The notes under the pieces were generated by a model, which was given only the letters and a program-made list of their open reading frames with translations, was not told the origin of the DNA and made no database searches. Below are positions 40,205 through 55,745 of a stretch of 64,000 bases of DNA, in pieces; position 1 is the stretch's first letter; each line of letters begins with the position of its first letter. The DNA comes from Trichinella spiralis (Eukaryota): the NCBI RefSeq assembly GCF_000181795.1, contig NW_003526948.1:1806785-1870784 (forward strand), in the 5' to 3' direction. Both the position numbers and the translations under genes were made by a program.

Positions 40205-42696
40205 GTGCGGTTTGTAGGTGAAGCAAGCAGGCCGTGCTTTTGCCAGGTCTCATCAATCATCTTGTTGTTTTTGAAAAACCAAAAAAAAATAATAATGCAA
40301 TGCTCTTGATGATAAATTTATAATTTCCATTTTTTCTGTTGTTGTTGGTTGTCTTGGAAAAAAGTATCCTCAAAGCTACAAAGCTGACGCTGTTGTATAA
40401 AATTGTTCAACAGAACGGTTGTCGAAGAGAAAAAAAAAACACAAACCTCACTAATTTGCCCTTTTTTCTCTTTCCCTCTAAAATTAAATTCAAAATCAAT
40501 AATCAATTTCATAAAAAAATTACTTAAATAAAAAATCAAACAAGAAAGAGCTTTCAACTTTGTGAACCAAAAGAGCTAACCTTAAGCAGAAGTTGCTGTC
40601 CTTGGGAAAATTGAAAAAATAAAAACCATCAACAAACAAACAAACAAACAAACAAACAAAATCAAAAACGTTCATTTTCTCTCACTCAGTTCTCCTGCAT
40701 AATACAATTTTTTTGAATAAAAAAATTATTTTAAAATTTCTCAAAGTTGACGAATTTTTTTACACAAAATTATTCTGTTCACTAAAAAGAACTTTTCACG
40801 CAACGCTGCTTTCGACAAGATACCATTTCTGGGACAACTGGACAGATCAATCAATGTGTTGTTACCCAAAAAAAAAATAAGAATAGAATAGCAGTAATTT
40901 TTTATAAAAAAGATAATTATAATCAAATCAAAAACAAAAGCATCATCAAACAAGGCATATACATACATATACAAAGTTGAATATTGCACGCGATTAGCGT
41001 GATCGATTGGGTGGATAATAAATAAAAACTGTCATCCTATTTCAAAATAGCATTAGACAAGAGGCAAAAGGGGATAGATAGTGAGGTGGAGATAAAAATT
41101 TAAAAAAAAAGATAAATAAAATACACATTTGATTAGAAGAAGATGAAATTTTTAATTTCAAACTTCACTCACCAATTGATGGCAAATTATTAATAATGAA
41201 CAAATTGATAACAATACAACAAAACCTCGTTGTTTCAAGTGAAAAATTTATTTTTTACCATTTTAATTATTGATTTTTAAAATATCCTTTCTTTTATGCA
41301 ACTTGTAAAAGGCCAAATATGAGAGAAATTTCAACTTGAAAACTTACAAATAATGCGATGTTAAAATTGTTACAATTATTTGATGACAACGTTGACTGCT
41401 GATGATGCGTTTGCATTGAAATTATACTCAATGATAAAAAAAATAATAGTTTTTAAGTAAATTAATAAATCACATTAATGATAAGCAATGAAGCACAAGA
41501 ATTTCAAACAAAAATTATTCACCGCCGACGAAAATCATGCACACACACAAACACACACACTGGTCAAAGTGTAATAATATATGGAAAACAAAAGAAAATA
41601 AAAATATTTTTTTAAAATAAACAACTGAATAGATTTCAAAATTGTCAAAATATGCCAATGTAAAAAGAATATTTAAAAAAAATTATTTTTTTCAAAAATA
41701 ATACTGCTTACCTTTTTCAAACGATAACTAGGTCAATGGAAATGGAAAAAAAACTTTTCTACAATAGTCACTTGTTGAAAAAATTTACAGTAACACTGTT
41801 GAAAAGTAATAATAATATTTTCAATTGATCGACAATAATTATCAGTTTATCATCCATTTATTTTAATTAATTAATAATTAATTAATTCGTACGTGTGTCA
41901 ATTGTCAAAGTTTGTGCACCAAAAGAAAAAACTTACCCGCCAAATGTAGTATCTATTACGTATGAACAACACAACAACAACAACAACATCATCATTGTTT
42001 GAAAATTCAAATTTTTCATTGTTCTACTTTCCCAACTTCAATTATTCAGAAATATGAGATGTATTTGAAAATTAATTTCTTTTTATTATTTTTTTTTCTT
42101 ATAAAGCAAAGTTGATCAATGTTAGTTAATTCATGAATTAAAGTAATTTGTATAATTTTCTTTTTTAATTAAAATAATTATCATACATAGGGCTGTCTTT
42201 TTCTTCGAACAACTAATCTGAGCTTTTATTTCATTATTATTATTAATTTTTACAATCTGTCGATCAAAGCAATTAAAATACTTCAGAATGAGTGTAATTT
42301 AATATTTCAAATAAAAATAAAAAATAATAATTATTATTCTGGAATAAATTAATTTTTCTTTTATATATATGTATACTGAAATGCGAAAAATTATATCTTT
42401 CAAAAGTTGAATTCAAATTTTCCAGACAGATCATCAATCACTGTCATTGATGATCATTATTTTCGAAAAAGGGAAAGAAAACAGAAACCAAAAACTAATG
42501 ATCAGGTAGGTCAAGTTTAAATTCAAAACATAAACTTTGAAAAATGAACAACCGGCACACAAAATAAGAAGAAGTTTATTTTTTAATTTCGCATTAAATT
42601 ACATTTCAATTTCATTCGATTGTAAAAGATAAAAAAAATTATAATAAATAAATTCTTTGCATCTTTTATAATTTTTCCTCTTTTCAGTTGTTTCTA

Positions 42697-44065
42697 TTAT
42701 TTTGCATGCTCATCGTCGACGCTCATTAATGCAACGGAATCAATGACAGCATTGTTAATTGGACTTTTTCGATGCACAGCGATCATTTCTTTCAATTCAT
42801 TAAAATGCTGCTACAATGGCAAAAAATTGGATAATTAAAAATACAAAATTTACAAATCAAATACAGTATGCAAACGAACCGTTGCACCCTGGTGTTCCAA
42901 AACGCCCACGACAGATACCGTAGCCTGTTTCATGCATAATTTCGCGAGACGCCTACGATTCAACCCGAACACGTACGGAATGTCAGCTTTCCGACACTGA
43001 GTTATCACATTCAAAACATATTGATAAGCACCGTCTGGAAAGGTGAAATTTAAAAAAAACAAACAAACAAACGAACAGAAAATAATCCGATTCCATTTTT
43101 CAAATATAAACCAATGACAACAACAATTTGAATATTTTCATTCACCTTCGAGATCCATGGCAAAAATTACCATTTGGATTTTGTTTCGCCTAATGTGCGC
43201 TTCGACTTCACGCAATCCCAACACTACACGCCGCTTTTGCAAACCCTGAAATGCAAACAACAAATCAAATGCGCCTCCTTTTCAATCGGATACAATTTAA
43301 TGTTGATAATAATTCGACTGTACCAAAGCTGGGTTGATTTGATAAACACGATCTTGCAAACGTTTCAGTTCAACAATCAACATTTCTATTGTACCAAACA
43401 ACTTCTCATCCGCTTCATTGTCGATAAGTCTAAAAAATTATTAACAATTCAAACAACAACAAAAAAAACAAAACTCGGTGAGTTTACTGTAGAATTTTCG
43501 CATTCCTTTCAACTGCCGCAACATTGCCCGCTTCGTTCCCTTGCCCAATGTTGGCGTTGGTCTGCCGTTGTTCGATTATCGCCTGCGAAAAGCGGTTTCG
43601 AAAATAAACAGGAACTTGCAGCTTGTATGCAAATTTTTTTTTTCTGCTCTCCAAAAACTCAACCCAACTCCACGTTACCTTTTTCATGACCGTTCGATTG
43701 GGCTTTTTTTTCTGGTTCACTTTTCCATTCTTGTTGCCAGTTTTAATTGGCGCCGTAGAGTCCAAAAAGTTCCCACGTCTCACCACTTCTTCAGTGGACT
43801 GTTGTGCATAAAATTGTAAGTAAATAAAATTCAAACAAAAAACAAATTGTGAAAAGAAAAAAATATAAAAATTTTCATTACAGGCTTCTTCGGCAATTTA
43901 CATTCTCGTCTACATTCACCTTTCACTTTCTACGAGTAGAATAAAATTTAATCAACAACAAATGTCCAGCATTTATAAATTAAATAAACAAATAAATATT
44001 ACAATTTCCAAAGCGTCCCAAGATGGCAATGGTTTCAATTTGCTTTCTCGCCACTCGTTGTTCAT
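42697..44065 (-). CDS. SECISBP2: SECIS-binding protein 2 (short form: SID/K-rich region + L7Ae domain), about 8 exons
   Basis: NFLDSTAP..KKKPNRTVMKK, ELKRLQDRVYQINP, KRRVVLGLREV and IPYVFGLNRRRLAK..VSVVGVL match SBP2 motifs. The start codon is uncertain. Confidence 0.85.
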
Positions 44066-44596
44066 TGAAGACAATTTCCAATTCTGCAATACCTCAAATT
44101 TCAAACATACATTTCTGCACTTCGGGATCGATCGTTTTGAATATTTAAATTTTCAACTAATATTCAAGCAGTGAACTCAACTAATATTCAGGCATTATTA
44201 GTGAATGCAATGAAAATGTAAAAATTTACAAAAAGTTCCATTCACTTATAGTGAAATAAATGAAAACCAACAGTAAACGGACGCTGTTGAAATTATTCAA
44301 ATTAAAACACGATATTTCTGAAATTCAAAAAAAAAAGTATTCGATCGTGATCGTGCAACGTTCTTTCATCGTCATAATATAACAACAATGAATAAATAAT
44401 ACCACTTTAATATTGGAAAAAAACAATACAATAATAATAATAATAATAATAATAATCCCTGCAAAACACTATGGCTGAATATGAAGAAAAAAGTGTGCAA
44501 ATTTGAATGATTCCCTTGATCAAAGCAAGAAACCGTGAAAGCAGACTGTGGCAATCTAATTGATTAAAAAAGGCACTACGGGCACTTTTCCAACAA

Positions 44597-46823
<2,227 letters not shown>

Positions 46824-48085
46824 CTAAAAAAAACGGAAAAAGTTGTAAGCCAAGCATTTAAACAAAAGTTATTGTATATTAAGTGAATAAATCAACTATG
46901 AAAATTGAGCAGTGGAACTTCACACTGAAAATCGCAGCTGAATCTGAAGCGAGAAAGCGTTTTCGAAAATGAATTGCTACAAGATTCAAGCTGCACATAA
47001 GTTGCAGTAAAGTTATAATCACGCTGTCTCATGGAATGAGTAGAAATTATTAAATTTGTGAAAATAAATATCATTTAATATCAACTGCGACATAAACCTA
47101 TGAAAAGCAGATTCGAAAACGCTCAGCAGAAAAACAAGTGAATCACCGAACAAAACGGTCAACACCAACCTGCTTGTTGACAGTCACTGTAGCGGTTAGG
47201 TACAATTGAACTTGCATTTTTTGTAAAATTTACATATAAATTAAAAAATGGGAACAAAGTTATAATGAATTTATTTTTTTCATTTTTTATCGCCAATTTT
47301 AAATTAAATTGCCAGCAAACTTTGTTATTCCATCTTTATTATATTCAAATCTTACTGCGTTTGCGAAACAAGAAAATCAAAAAATGTCCAAAAAATTACA
47401 GATGTTTTTTTAATTTTGCATATTTTTAATTATAATTTTTGTGCAGTTATTTAAAAAAGTATATACAAGTCTACAATATAACCAGTTAATCATGAACTTT
47501 ATGATTCAGTGCCAAGAACAATGCAAACCTAACCAATAATGCAAAACAAAGCAATAATAACAATAACAACAAGCAATAAAGCAAGCAATTTCCTTCTAGT
47601 ATTTTATCAATAATTCCGGCGCGCAAACAAGGAAATTTGCGTACGCATGCAACGCCAAAAATTTGCATGCGATCCTGCGCAGACGCTATGGATAGCGACC
47701 GTGATTGTCGAGAAACGTTTTTCGATAATTGAAAGAGCACTATCTGCTGTTGCGTTCCACTTTCCAAATAAAGTCACGATGGACGATAAGCCGATGCTGT
47801 CAGAACTGTGCAACATTAAACTTGAATATCTTTCGCTTACTGTAATCTTGCAAACTCAGAAATATCACAATCGTTATTTACTGGGCAATTTGTTGTTCAA
47901 ATCCATTTTAAATCGATAACAATTAAAATGCTTTTGAATAATTCTACCTTCTGCCATTGAAAGTGGAGAAAAGTGATACAATTTCCCAAGAGTGGATACG
48001 TGCGTGCCTGCACGGCAAAGCTGGTAAATTGGATTTGGTTTAATGTCAAGTGTGACTAAAAGTATTGTTTTCGTTTTCGAATCGA

Positions 48086-49602
48086 TCACTTGTGGAAAAT
48101 GGGGGGAAGCTCGAGTTGCAGCAAAGCGGCTCGAAGTCGTTGTTTTTGCCTGGTTGTCAACGACCGTCGACGTTGTTCCTGTAGCTGCTGTTCGAACTGG
48201 TGCAGGTCGAATGGCAGACCTCTGCGTTCAGCCAGATTTTGGACCATCTCCATCGGCAAGCCGTACGTATTATAAAATAGAAACATCGCCTTTGAATCAA
48301 TTGGTTCCTGCATACGATCGAACCGAGCTTTTGCTTTTGTCAGAGTTGTTGAAAATCGCTTCTCCTCTTCAAGGAGAACTTGATTAATCAAGAGTCGACT
48401 GCTCTGCAACTGTGGATACGTGTCGGCGTACAAGTCGACCACGGCACTGCACAGTTTCGGAAACACACCCGGTCGTGGTTCACCGAGCAACGATACATGG
48501 TATAAGGCTCGACGTATGATTTTCCTCAACACATGACCAGCTTCCTGATGGCCCGGCTTCAAACCGTCTGCGATCGCGAATGTGCACATCCTGGCATGGT
48601 CGACGATGATTCGAAAACTGCTATCCAAGCCAGTTACATCGTCGACACCAAATCTACCTTCATACGGAGGTGAACCAGTCAGCTGTTGGCAACTATCAAT
48701 CAGTGGCTGTAATGAACATAGAAAAGAAATAAGAATAAACATGTGGGAAGAAATTATTTTCGCGAACACACTTTGAACAGATCCGTGCCATATGCTGAAT
48801 CTTCATTTTGTAAAACAGCACAAAGCCGTTCCAACCCCATACCAGTGTCGACGTGAGTGGCTGGGAGTTTCCGCAAGGAGCCATCTTCATGTTTGTAATA
48901 TTCCATGAAGACCACATTCCACAATTCTGACAGGGTTCCGTCGGGTAGTTGTACATGTATTTCGGTACATGGTCCACAAGGACCCGTCTCACCAATGGAC
49001 CAAAAATTTTCCTCTGCATTCCCTGTAAGCAAACGGCACTGTTGCACACCGACAACATCAAGCCAGATTCGTTTGCATTCTTCATCCGCATCCAATCCCA
49101 ATTGTTGGTCGCCTCCGAAATAAGTGACGTGCAAGCGTTGCTCGTCAATGGAATAAATTTTGGTTAGCAACTGCCAAACGTGATTGCAGACAGCTTGTTT
49201 AGACATTGTGCCGTTGAATGACCAATTGCCGAGCATTTCGAAAAACGTATGATGAGTTCGATCTTTCCCAACTGAATTCAAATCGTTCACACGAGCACAT
49301 TTTTGGAAACTGACTGCCAAACCGAGATGGTCCCTCGGTCGGAACTGGGTTTGAACAGGCCCATTTATATTAGAAATTATGGACCTGAATTGAACAACTC
49401 CGGCACTTGTGAAAAGCATACCGGACTGTTTTGGTGCAATCATGGACGATGATTCCACAACAACGTGATCCCATTTTTTGAAATAATCTACAAACGTTTG
49501 TCGCACTTTACGAGAATTCCATTCAATATTTGCATTCGTGCACAACCGGCGAACTACAACGTGCAGCGTCAAATTATACGATGCAAAATAGACCTGACGC
49601 AT
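48086..49602 (-). CDS. AARS2: Alanyl-tRNA synthetase, mitochondrial type (exons 49602-48772, 48706-48086; 483 aa as read, a 3' extension is possible)
   Basis: LFTSAGVVQF, QKCARVNDL..HHTFFEMLGNWSF, GPCGPCTEI, ELWNVVFMEY, VDTGMGLERL and GHVLRKIIRRA. The Arg-containing, acid-poor N-terminus is consistent with a mitochondrial targeting peptide. Confidence 0.88.
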
Positions 49603-50247
49603 GGGTTTACAGATCTTAAAAATGGAAGATTTTTTTATTAGTTAATACAGTTTTTAACATAAAATTGTTTTATCAATAAACAATGGGTCATAGGTGACGT
49701 CCAGTTGGCAAAGACAATGAAATCAATTCTTGACAAAAATAACCTTTTATTTCTGATACATGGACACTAAAAATGTAGATTAATACAACAATTGCAAACA
49801 CTATCGGTTGATGCAAATTATAGACTAAGCGCAGATTTTAAGACGAGAGAAACGTAAGTACAGTATAACTGCGCTTAGATTTACTTTTCAATGATTTAAA
49901 GCGCATGTGAAATTTTGAATTCATCTAAATTTATAATCAGCGCGAAAAAATTCGTCTAGAGTATGCAGATTACTAAAATTCTTCATTTATTATTATATCT
50001 CGTACTGCAAAATGCTTATTTTCTAACGAACTATGTAACACAGTTGCACAAAGTTTACAGTTAATTACGAAATGTTGAAGACATAATTATTCGATTAATT
50101 TGAACAATCGATAAAATAAAACTTTTTTCGAACATGAACTTGCAGACACTTTCATTCCAAATAATTTAATTCTAAGTTATAGCGAAAACATTCTAATCAT
50201 ATTTCATCAGCATAAAAATCTACTTTAAAAATACAATCAATCTCGGA

Positions 50248-50487
50248 TTATTCATCATTCACAAAATCAGCTGGATTTTTACGCAAACGTTTTTCTTCCT
50301 GTTTCATACCATAATCACGAAGATAATACAAAGCTGGTATTGCTAAAAGTGCCCACCAATATTCAAAAGCCTTACTACCAAGGTTTCGTATTTCTTTTCC
50401 ATATCCACCAAACGCTTTTTGCTCAAACGGGCTCAGAGCAAACTGATACATGCCATATATTTTGGCCATTCTTCCCCACGGACGCAT
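50248..50487 (-). CDS. UQCRQ: Cytochrome b-c1 complex subunit 8 (QCR8)
   Basis: WGRMAKIYG..FALSPFEQKAF, a single TM segment and terminal RKNPADFVNDE; 79 aa. Confidence 0.92.
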   Translation of the reverse strand: MRPWGRMAKIYGMYQFALSPFEQKAFGGYGKEIRNLGSKAFEYWWALLAIPALYYLRDYGMKQEEKRLRKNPADFVNDE

Positions 50488-51217
50488 TTCTGCAATTTAA
50501 GCTACAACATACACAAAATTATTACACAACACATCATAATTTCAGTCGGTTCAAATGAATAAAGAAGCAATAAGTAAAGCTCAAACGAAACTTTCTTACG
50601 TATTCAAAGAAATCGAACAATAAACAGATACAGGATAAGGCCACAAGCTAAAGTTAAAATAATAATAATTCTTATTATAATTATCGTTAATGAATGATTA
50701 AAGAAATTCAGTTACAAATTAGTAATTTCTAAAAATGCGCGAAAAGAAGCACATATTATGCATTCTACTAATGTGACGGAGAAAAAATAAATTAGATGAA
50801 TAATAATGTGCGCAATAAAAATACTGGCGGAGAAAAACTTATAATACCCAAGTTCAAAATATAAAGATGCTCATTAAATTATCGAAATTATTCAAAGTGT
50901 AGTAATACAGTGTTATTTAGCAAAAGTACAGTATGATAGAAAATGAAGTGCAATATATTAAATATTTAAGATAAGAAAATTGAAATTAAATATTGGATAA
51001 GAAATAAGAAGTTGCATTTTACAAAAAAAATTAAGATAAAGTAGTTTTGACATTTGTTTTATTATTTCCTGCTGTATTTCGGAAACTATTTAAAAAAATA
51101 AAGAATGATTGGCTATGCAGTTTTTATTCCATAAAGTTGGATCAGTATGAGTGTTTTATTTTGTAAAAGGCACGACAAACACTTCGGTATATATGAAAAC
51201 AATTGCAATATTGGGTA

Positions 51218-54200
51218 TTATTTGCAAAATCTTATTTCTTTTGATAAATTAGACGGCCGTGTGACATCGATTTTGCAGTTTTTATAGTTATCGTCTAAAC
51301 AGGCACCACTTGTTTTCTTAGCTTTTTGACATGTCAATGCAGCAAGTTTTGCTCTCTCAGCTAACTTTGCTTCTTTCAGTTTAGCTTCTTGTTGTTCGAC
51401 GCAAAATTTAGCTACCAACCAACGGTCAAACGGATCCATTTTATCATCGTCAGGTATCTGACTATTTGAACAGCAAGTAACTGAACTTTCTGTTCTGTTT
51501 TCTACAGGCTTGTACATGCCATAATTGTCTTGCATTTGTGCGCAAGAGAAAACTTGAGGGTTGGGCATTCCCCATGCTTCTCCATTTTTTACAGCCGACT
51601 GCAAAGCAGCAGCACCATTAAGCTGCTGATAACCGTTTGCTTCTTTGAAGGGAAAATGATTACGCTGAACGTAGTAAAAATCAGTTGGCTGTGGAATATG
51701 GTTCGCTTCTAGTGGTGAAGGTAAATGTAGATATCTGGCTGGTGACAAAGAATTCAACGGTCGACATCCAGAACATTGCACAAAAGGTACAATACGGTCT
51801 GATTTCATTTGCAAATGCGGATTATTGAAATTCATGGTAGCATGTGGCCCAAATACATATGGATTTTCAGAACAAAATGGCTGATGTTGTGTTGAAAAAA
51901 CTTTTGGACAGGAATTGACATATATGGAATGTGGCATATACTGCGGTGCAGTAGTTCTCGTATGCATGCAAGGAGATGAGTGAATAGAAACATGAGGAAA
52001 AAAAGAAGAAGCTGGAGGTGTAGTTGCACTGGAAGAATCTGATGGTGACAGATGTGCTCCATCTGCCAGAGTACTGGCTGAGCTGTGAGTACTAAAAGAC
52101 CGGCCTCGACCCGCATCTGTTACGGCTTCACAATTGTAAGATGGTAGTGGCAAACCACTGTCATGATGCATAGAAGTGAAGTAACCCTCGTGATCACACG
52201 AATAGTTTGAATCAATCGCTGAACAGTTCGAATTCACTGACGGTGATCCAGGAACCCATTGGCTAGTATGTTCCAAACGTTGCAGGTCCATAAGATGCTG
52301 TGGCTGAATATTAGAGGAATTTGCAATAGAGGAGTTGTTATTAGAAATTTTGCATTCTTCGGGGTAGTTCAGTTTGAAACCAACTCGATAAGTAGATGCA
52401 TGCTTCCTAAAAAAATTACAAATAAAAGTGCTGTGAGTGGTTTTTCCAAGTAAATAGTGATTACAGTTGTAAAATAAGAATTGAATATCAAAAAACAGCT
52501 GAATACATTTTGATCCAAAATTTATCAATGAAATTATAAAGACTGAAATATGAACAATCAATAAATTGCAATCGCATAATATAAGCCGTTATCTGATAAG
52601 AATGAACATAATTGTGTCAATAAAGTAAAGTATACTACTTACTTATCGCTCACTTCCAAGGAAGTATTAGATTCAGCAGATAAGAAGGAAACAACACGAG
52701 CCTTGCGTTCACCTCCACTCATATATGCGGAATCTTTCGAACTGCGGGAACTTGGTGCTGTTTGATTTCTTTCAGCTGATTCCTGGGGTTTCACTTTACG
52801 AGAGCTGCGTCTCAACAAAGTTGCCAAGTTCATCACCTGAGAAGTTGTAGAAATTGGTATACTGGTCTTCGGTTTGCCTAGCCATATTTGTCGACTGCTT
52901 TCTTGTGATTCTTCAATAGTTTCTAGGGAATTTTCCGTACCATTTGCTATTATCTTCGACTGACTTGCAGCTGTTGGTTTGTCCACACAAACAGCAGGCT
53001 TCGAAGGAGCACTTCGAAAGCTAAATGAACGCTTAAAAAATTTGCTGATGCTGGCAATGTCAAAATGTGCCTTTGAACGATCCGATGGTTTCGATTTATA
53101 TTCATCCGTGCTACTGTTAGCGCTTTTTTCTGTTGAATGCAATGCATGGATTTTTTTCGGACGACGAAGCGACAGAAACTGCTTCATGCCTCCAAGCCGT
53201 TCAGTTCGCCTTCGATAGAATGGAGCAAAATCATATAGATATTCTTTAGCCGCTGAGCATTCAAATAAATCGACCGTCTGCTGTACTGCACCGGTATATG
53301 TGTCGTCATTGTCATTTGATTGCATATTGATGGAAAATCCATCCGCAGAACGAAGACGAAGTCTCGATAAGCCTATTGCCTGTGAAGCACGACCGAAGGT
53401 ACTTTTCTCAGAAAATTCTGATACTTTATGCTGATTGGTATTCATATTATTTCCAGCTGGACAAGCTCGACCATTGGCATTGATTTCTAAAGTGATGGGC
53501 TTGCACAAAGCTACCAGTTGCTGAGCTTGCTGCTCTGGTGTAGGAAGAGGCGGATCAGCACTGAAAGATGATTTACGGCGATCACGAGGTCGGCAAAAGT
53601 CCTAAAATTTTTAAATTTAAGTGTTTAATTATTTATTTCATCGATGCATCTATTAACTGCTGCTTTACATTTGAGCGCTTAAAACAAAGAAACGTCATGA
53701 GGTTATAATTTGCATCAAAGAAAGTCAACATAACTGCCTAATTTGAGACATACGTCACTTGAAGAAAAATTACAATTCCAATTGACAGTGCTTAATGAAA
53801 CTGTTTATTATATTTTGTTATTTCCCATGTCCCATGTGAAATGTGCTGTTTCACATTCAGAAATCATTATCATTAATTAGTTAAAGAAATTGGGGCTTTC
53901 ATAATAGCGGAATGTGGCAAACTTTTAAATATGAAAGCATAAAAATATTTCACGTCGCTAGCATGGTCGTAAAACATTGAATGTTTGCTTAAAACAGCAA
54001 AATATTAAATTGAAATGTTTGAAAATTAGAAATTAATTATACATTAGTAGAATTGCAATCGACAGAGTAAATTGACTCTCTTGGCAATATGCAGCTTTGT
54101 AAGGGCGACCGTCGCTTGACCCGCTTGCTCTGTCATCGGTCACCGATTGACTAATACAAGCTGACTAATCCGCCAAGCTAATTGATACAAGCGGAAGCAA

Positions 54201-55745
54201 AAGGTCGCTGGCTTAATCAGCCTTCACAACTGCATTTGGTCATGCACAATGGACACACATTCGACCAGCGGCAGCAATATGACGGGCTTTCATCGGTCAA
54301 GCATGAACAAAGCTACTCTACCGAATTGCATGCAGTTTTGAGGTCAGTGGACATTATTACAAAAACCGATTAAAAGAGAAATTATAAATAAAAATAAAAT
54401 TGGTTTTAAAACATTAAAACATGCAATAAATGAAAAAGATTCACTTACCACGGAAAAGCCGACGTCATTGCTAAATGTTTCGTTTGGATCAGTTTGTACG
54501 CAAGCAGTTTGCGTTGGCTTTTTAGTATACATGGAGCTCCAAGCAATTTCGGCCTTTTTCAGTTCTCGTTGAAATTTAATCAAATAACAAGGACGAGTAG
54601 AAGGCAAAAACAAATTTGTGTAATTCATTTTTACTATCTCCCCATCATCTTCCAGTTTCATCGACTGGTAATGATTGCGCACGCTCAAAAAGCGTCTCAA
54701 ACTACCAGCACTCGCTTAAACAAAAGCAAATCTTATTAACTAATATAATAATTAAATTAGTATATTAATATTTAAAAATAAAATAAAAATCTATTATAAA
54801 ACAGAAACTATCGAACAGAATATGTTTTACAATAAACGACTGCAGGATGTCTATTTTGGGGAATCAAGTACAGCAAAATATCAACAAAAAGACGAACAGT
54901 TAACTTCAATATTTCAATAATAAAAATTTCAGTGAAAAATTAAAAAAAAGAATTCATTAATCCAATAGAATTAAATTTGAATTTTAAATCCAAATTGCAA
55001 ATATTTTTTGCAAAAGTAAACAATCGATTACTGTAGCAATGCATGAGATGAACATTTTTGGACATTCATTATAAAAATTTCCCCATTTGAACAATCCAGT
55101 TTATAATAATGGCAATGACCGTTTATTTTTACTTTTAATTTCATTAAAATGTTGCCAATTAGCAAATTTTTGAAAAAGAAAGATGACTGAGCTATTTTTA
55201 AACTTTTCAAAACAAGTTGCATAAAAGTTTCGATTTGAAAATTAGTTTAAAGGTAAGTAATAATCAGACAGCATTAACAATTAAGTGAAAAAAGAAGCAA
55301 AGTCGAATTTTTAATTAAATATAAGAAAGATAAATCAAAAAAGCTTTATTTAGTATTTAACATTAAAATATTTTATAAAAAAAGTGAAAATCAAACATTT
55401 CAAACATGCGCACAAACCTGCATCAGTGGGCGGCAATTGTAATGTGCGACATCGGCGATGGAGATGAGCTAGGCGACTTTTAGCTTGATCAGTACGCTGA
55501 TCGAGCTGCTTCAGTTGGATGTAGAAATCATTGACAAGCTGGTCGGCATGATTCCACAAAGCGGCTAACTCTCGGATCAGGTCTGCAAGAATCAGATTTG
55601 AATTTGCCCCAACATCCTCCGGTGGAAGTGAATCTTGACATGGTGTCTGATCGTCGGTCCCAACTGCTGTGGCACAAGTGCGCCGATATGTTGAAGCCGT
55701 TTTCCGTCGATGATTGAGCAGAAAAAGAGAAACTGGCGAGTTCAT
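51218..55745 (-). CDS. NHS/NHSL/GUK-holder-like actin regulator with an N-terminal WAVE-homology domain, about 5 exons
   Basis: LILADLIRELAALWNHADQLVNDF...RTDQAKSRL (WHD), NLFLPSTRP, PLPTPEQQAQ and DSNYSCDHEGYFTSMHHDSGL (NHS-family motif). Confidence 0.78.

Noticed and set aside
49825..49878. 10-bp inverted repeat ctaagcgcag/ctgcgcttag, possible miRNA or tRNA-like hairpin
   Set aside because: Pairing does not extend beyond about 10 bp, and there is no cloverleaf or A/B box.
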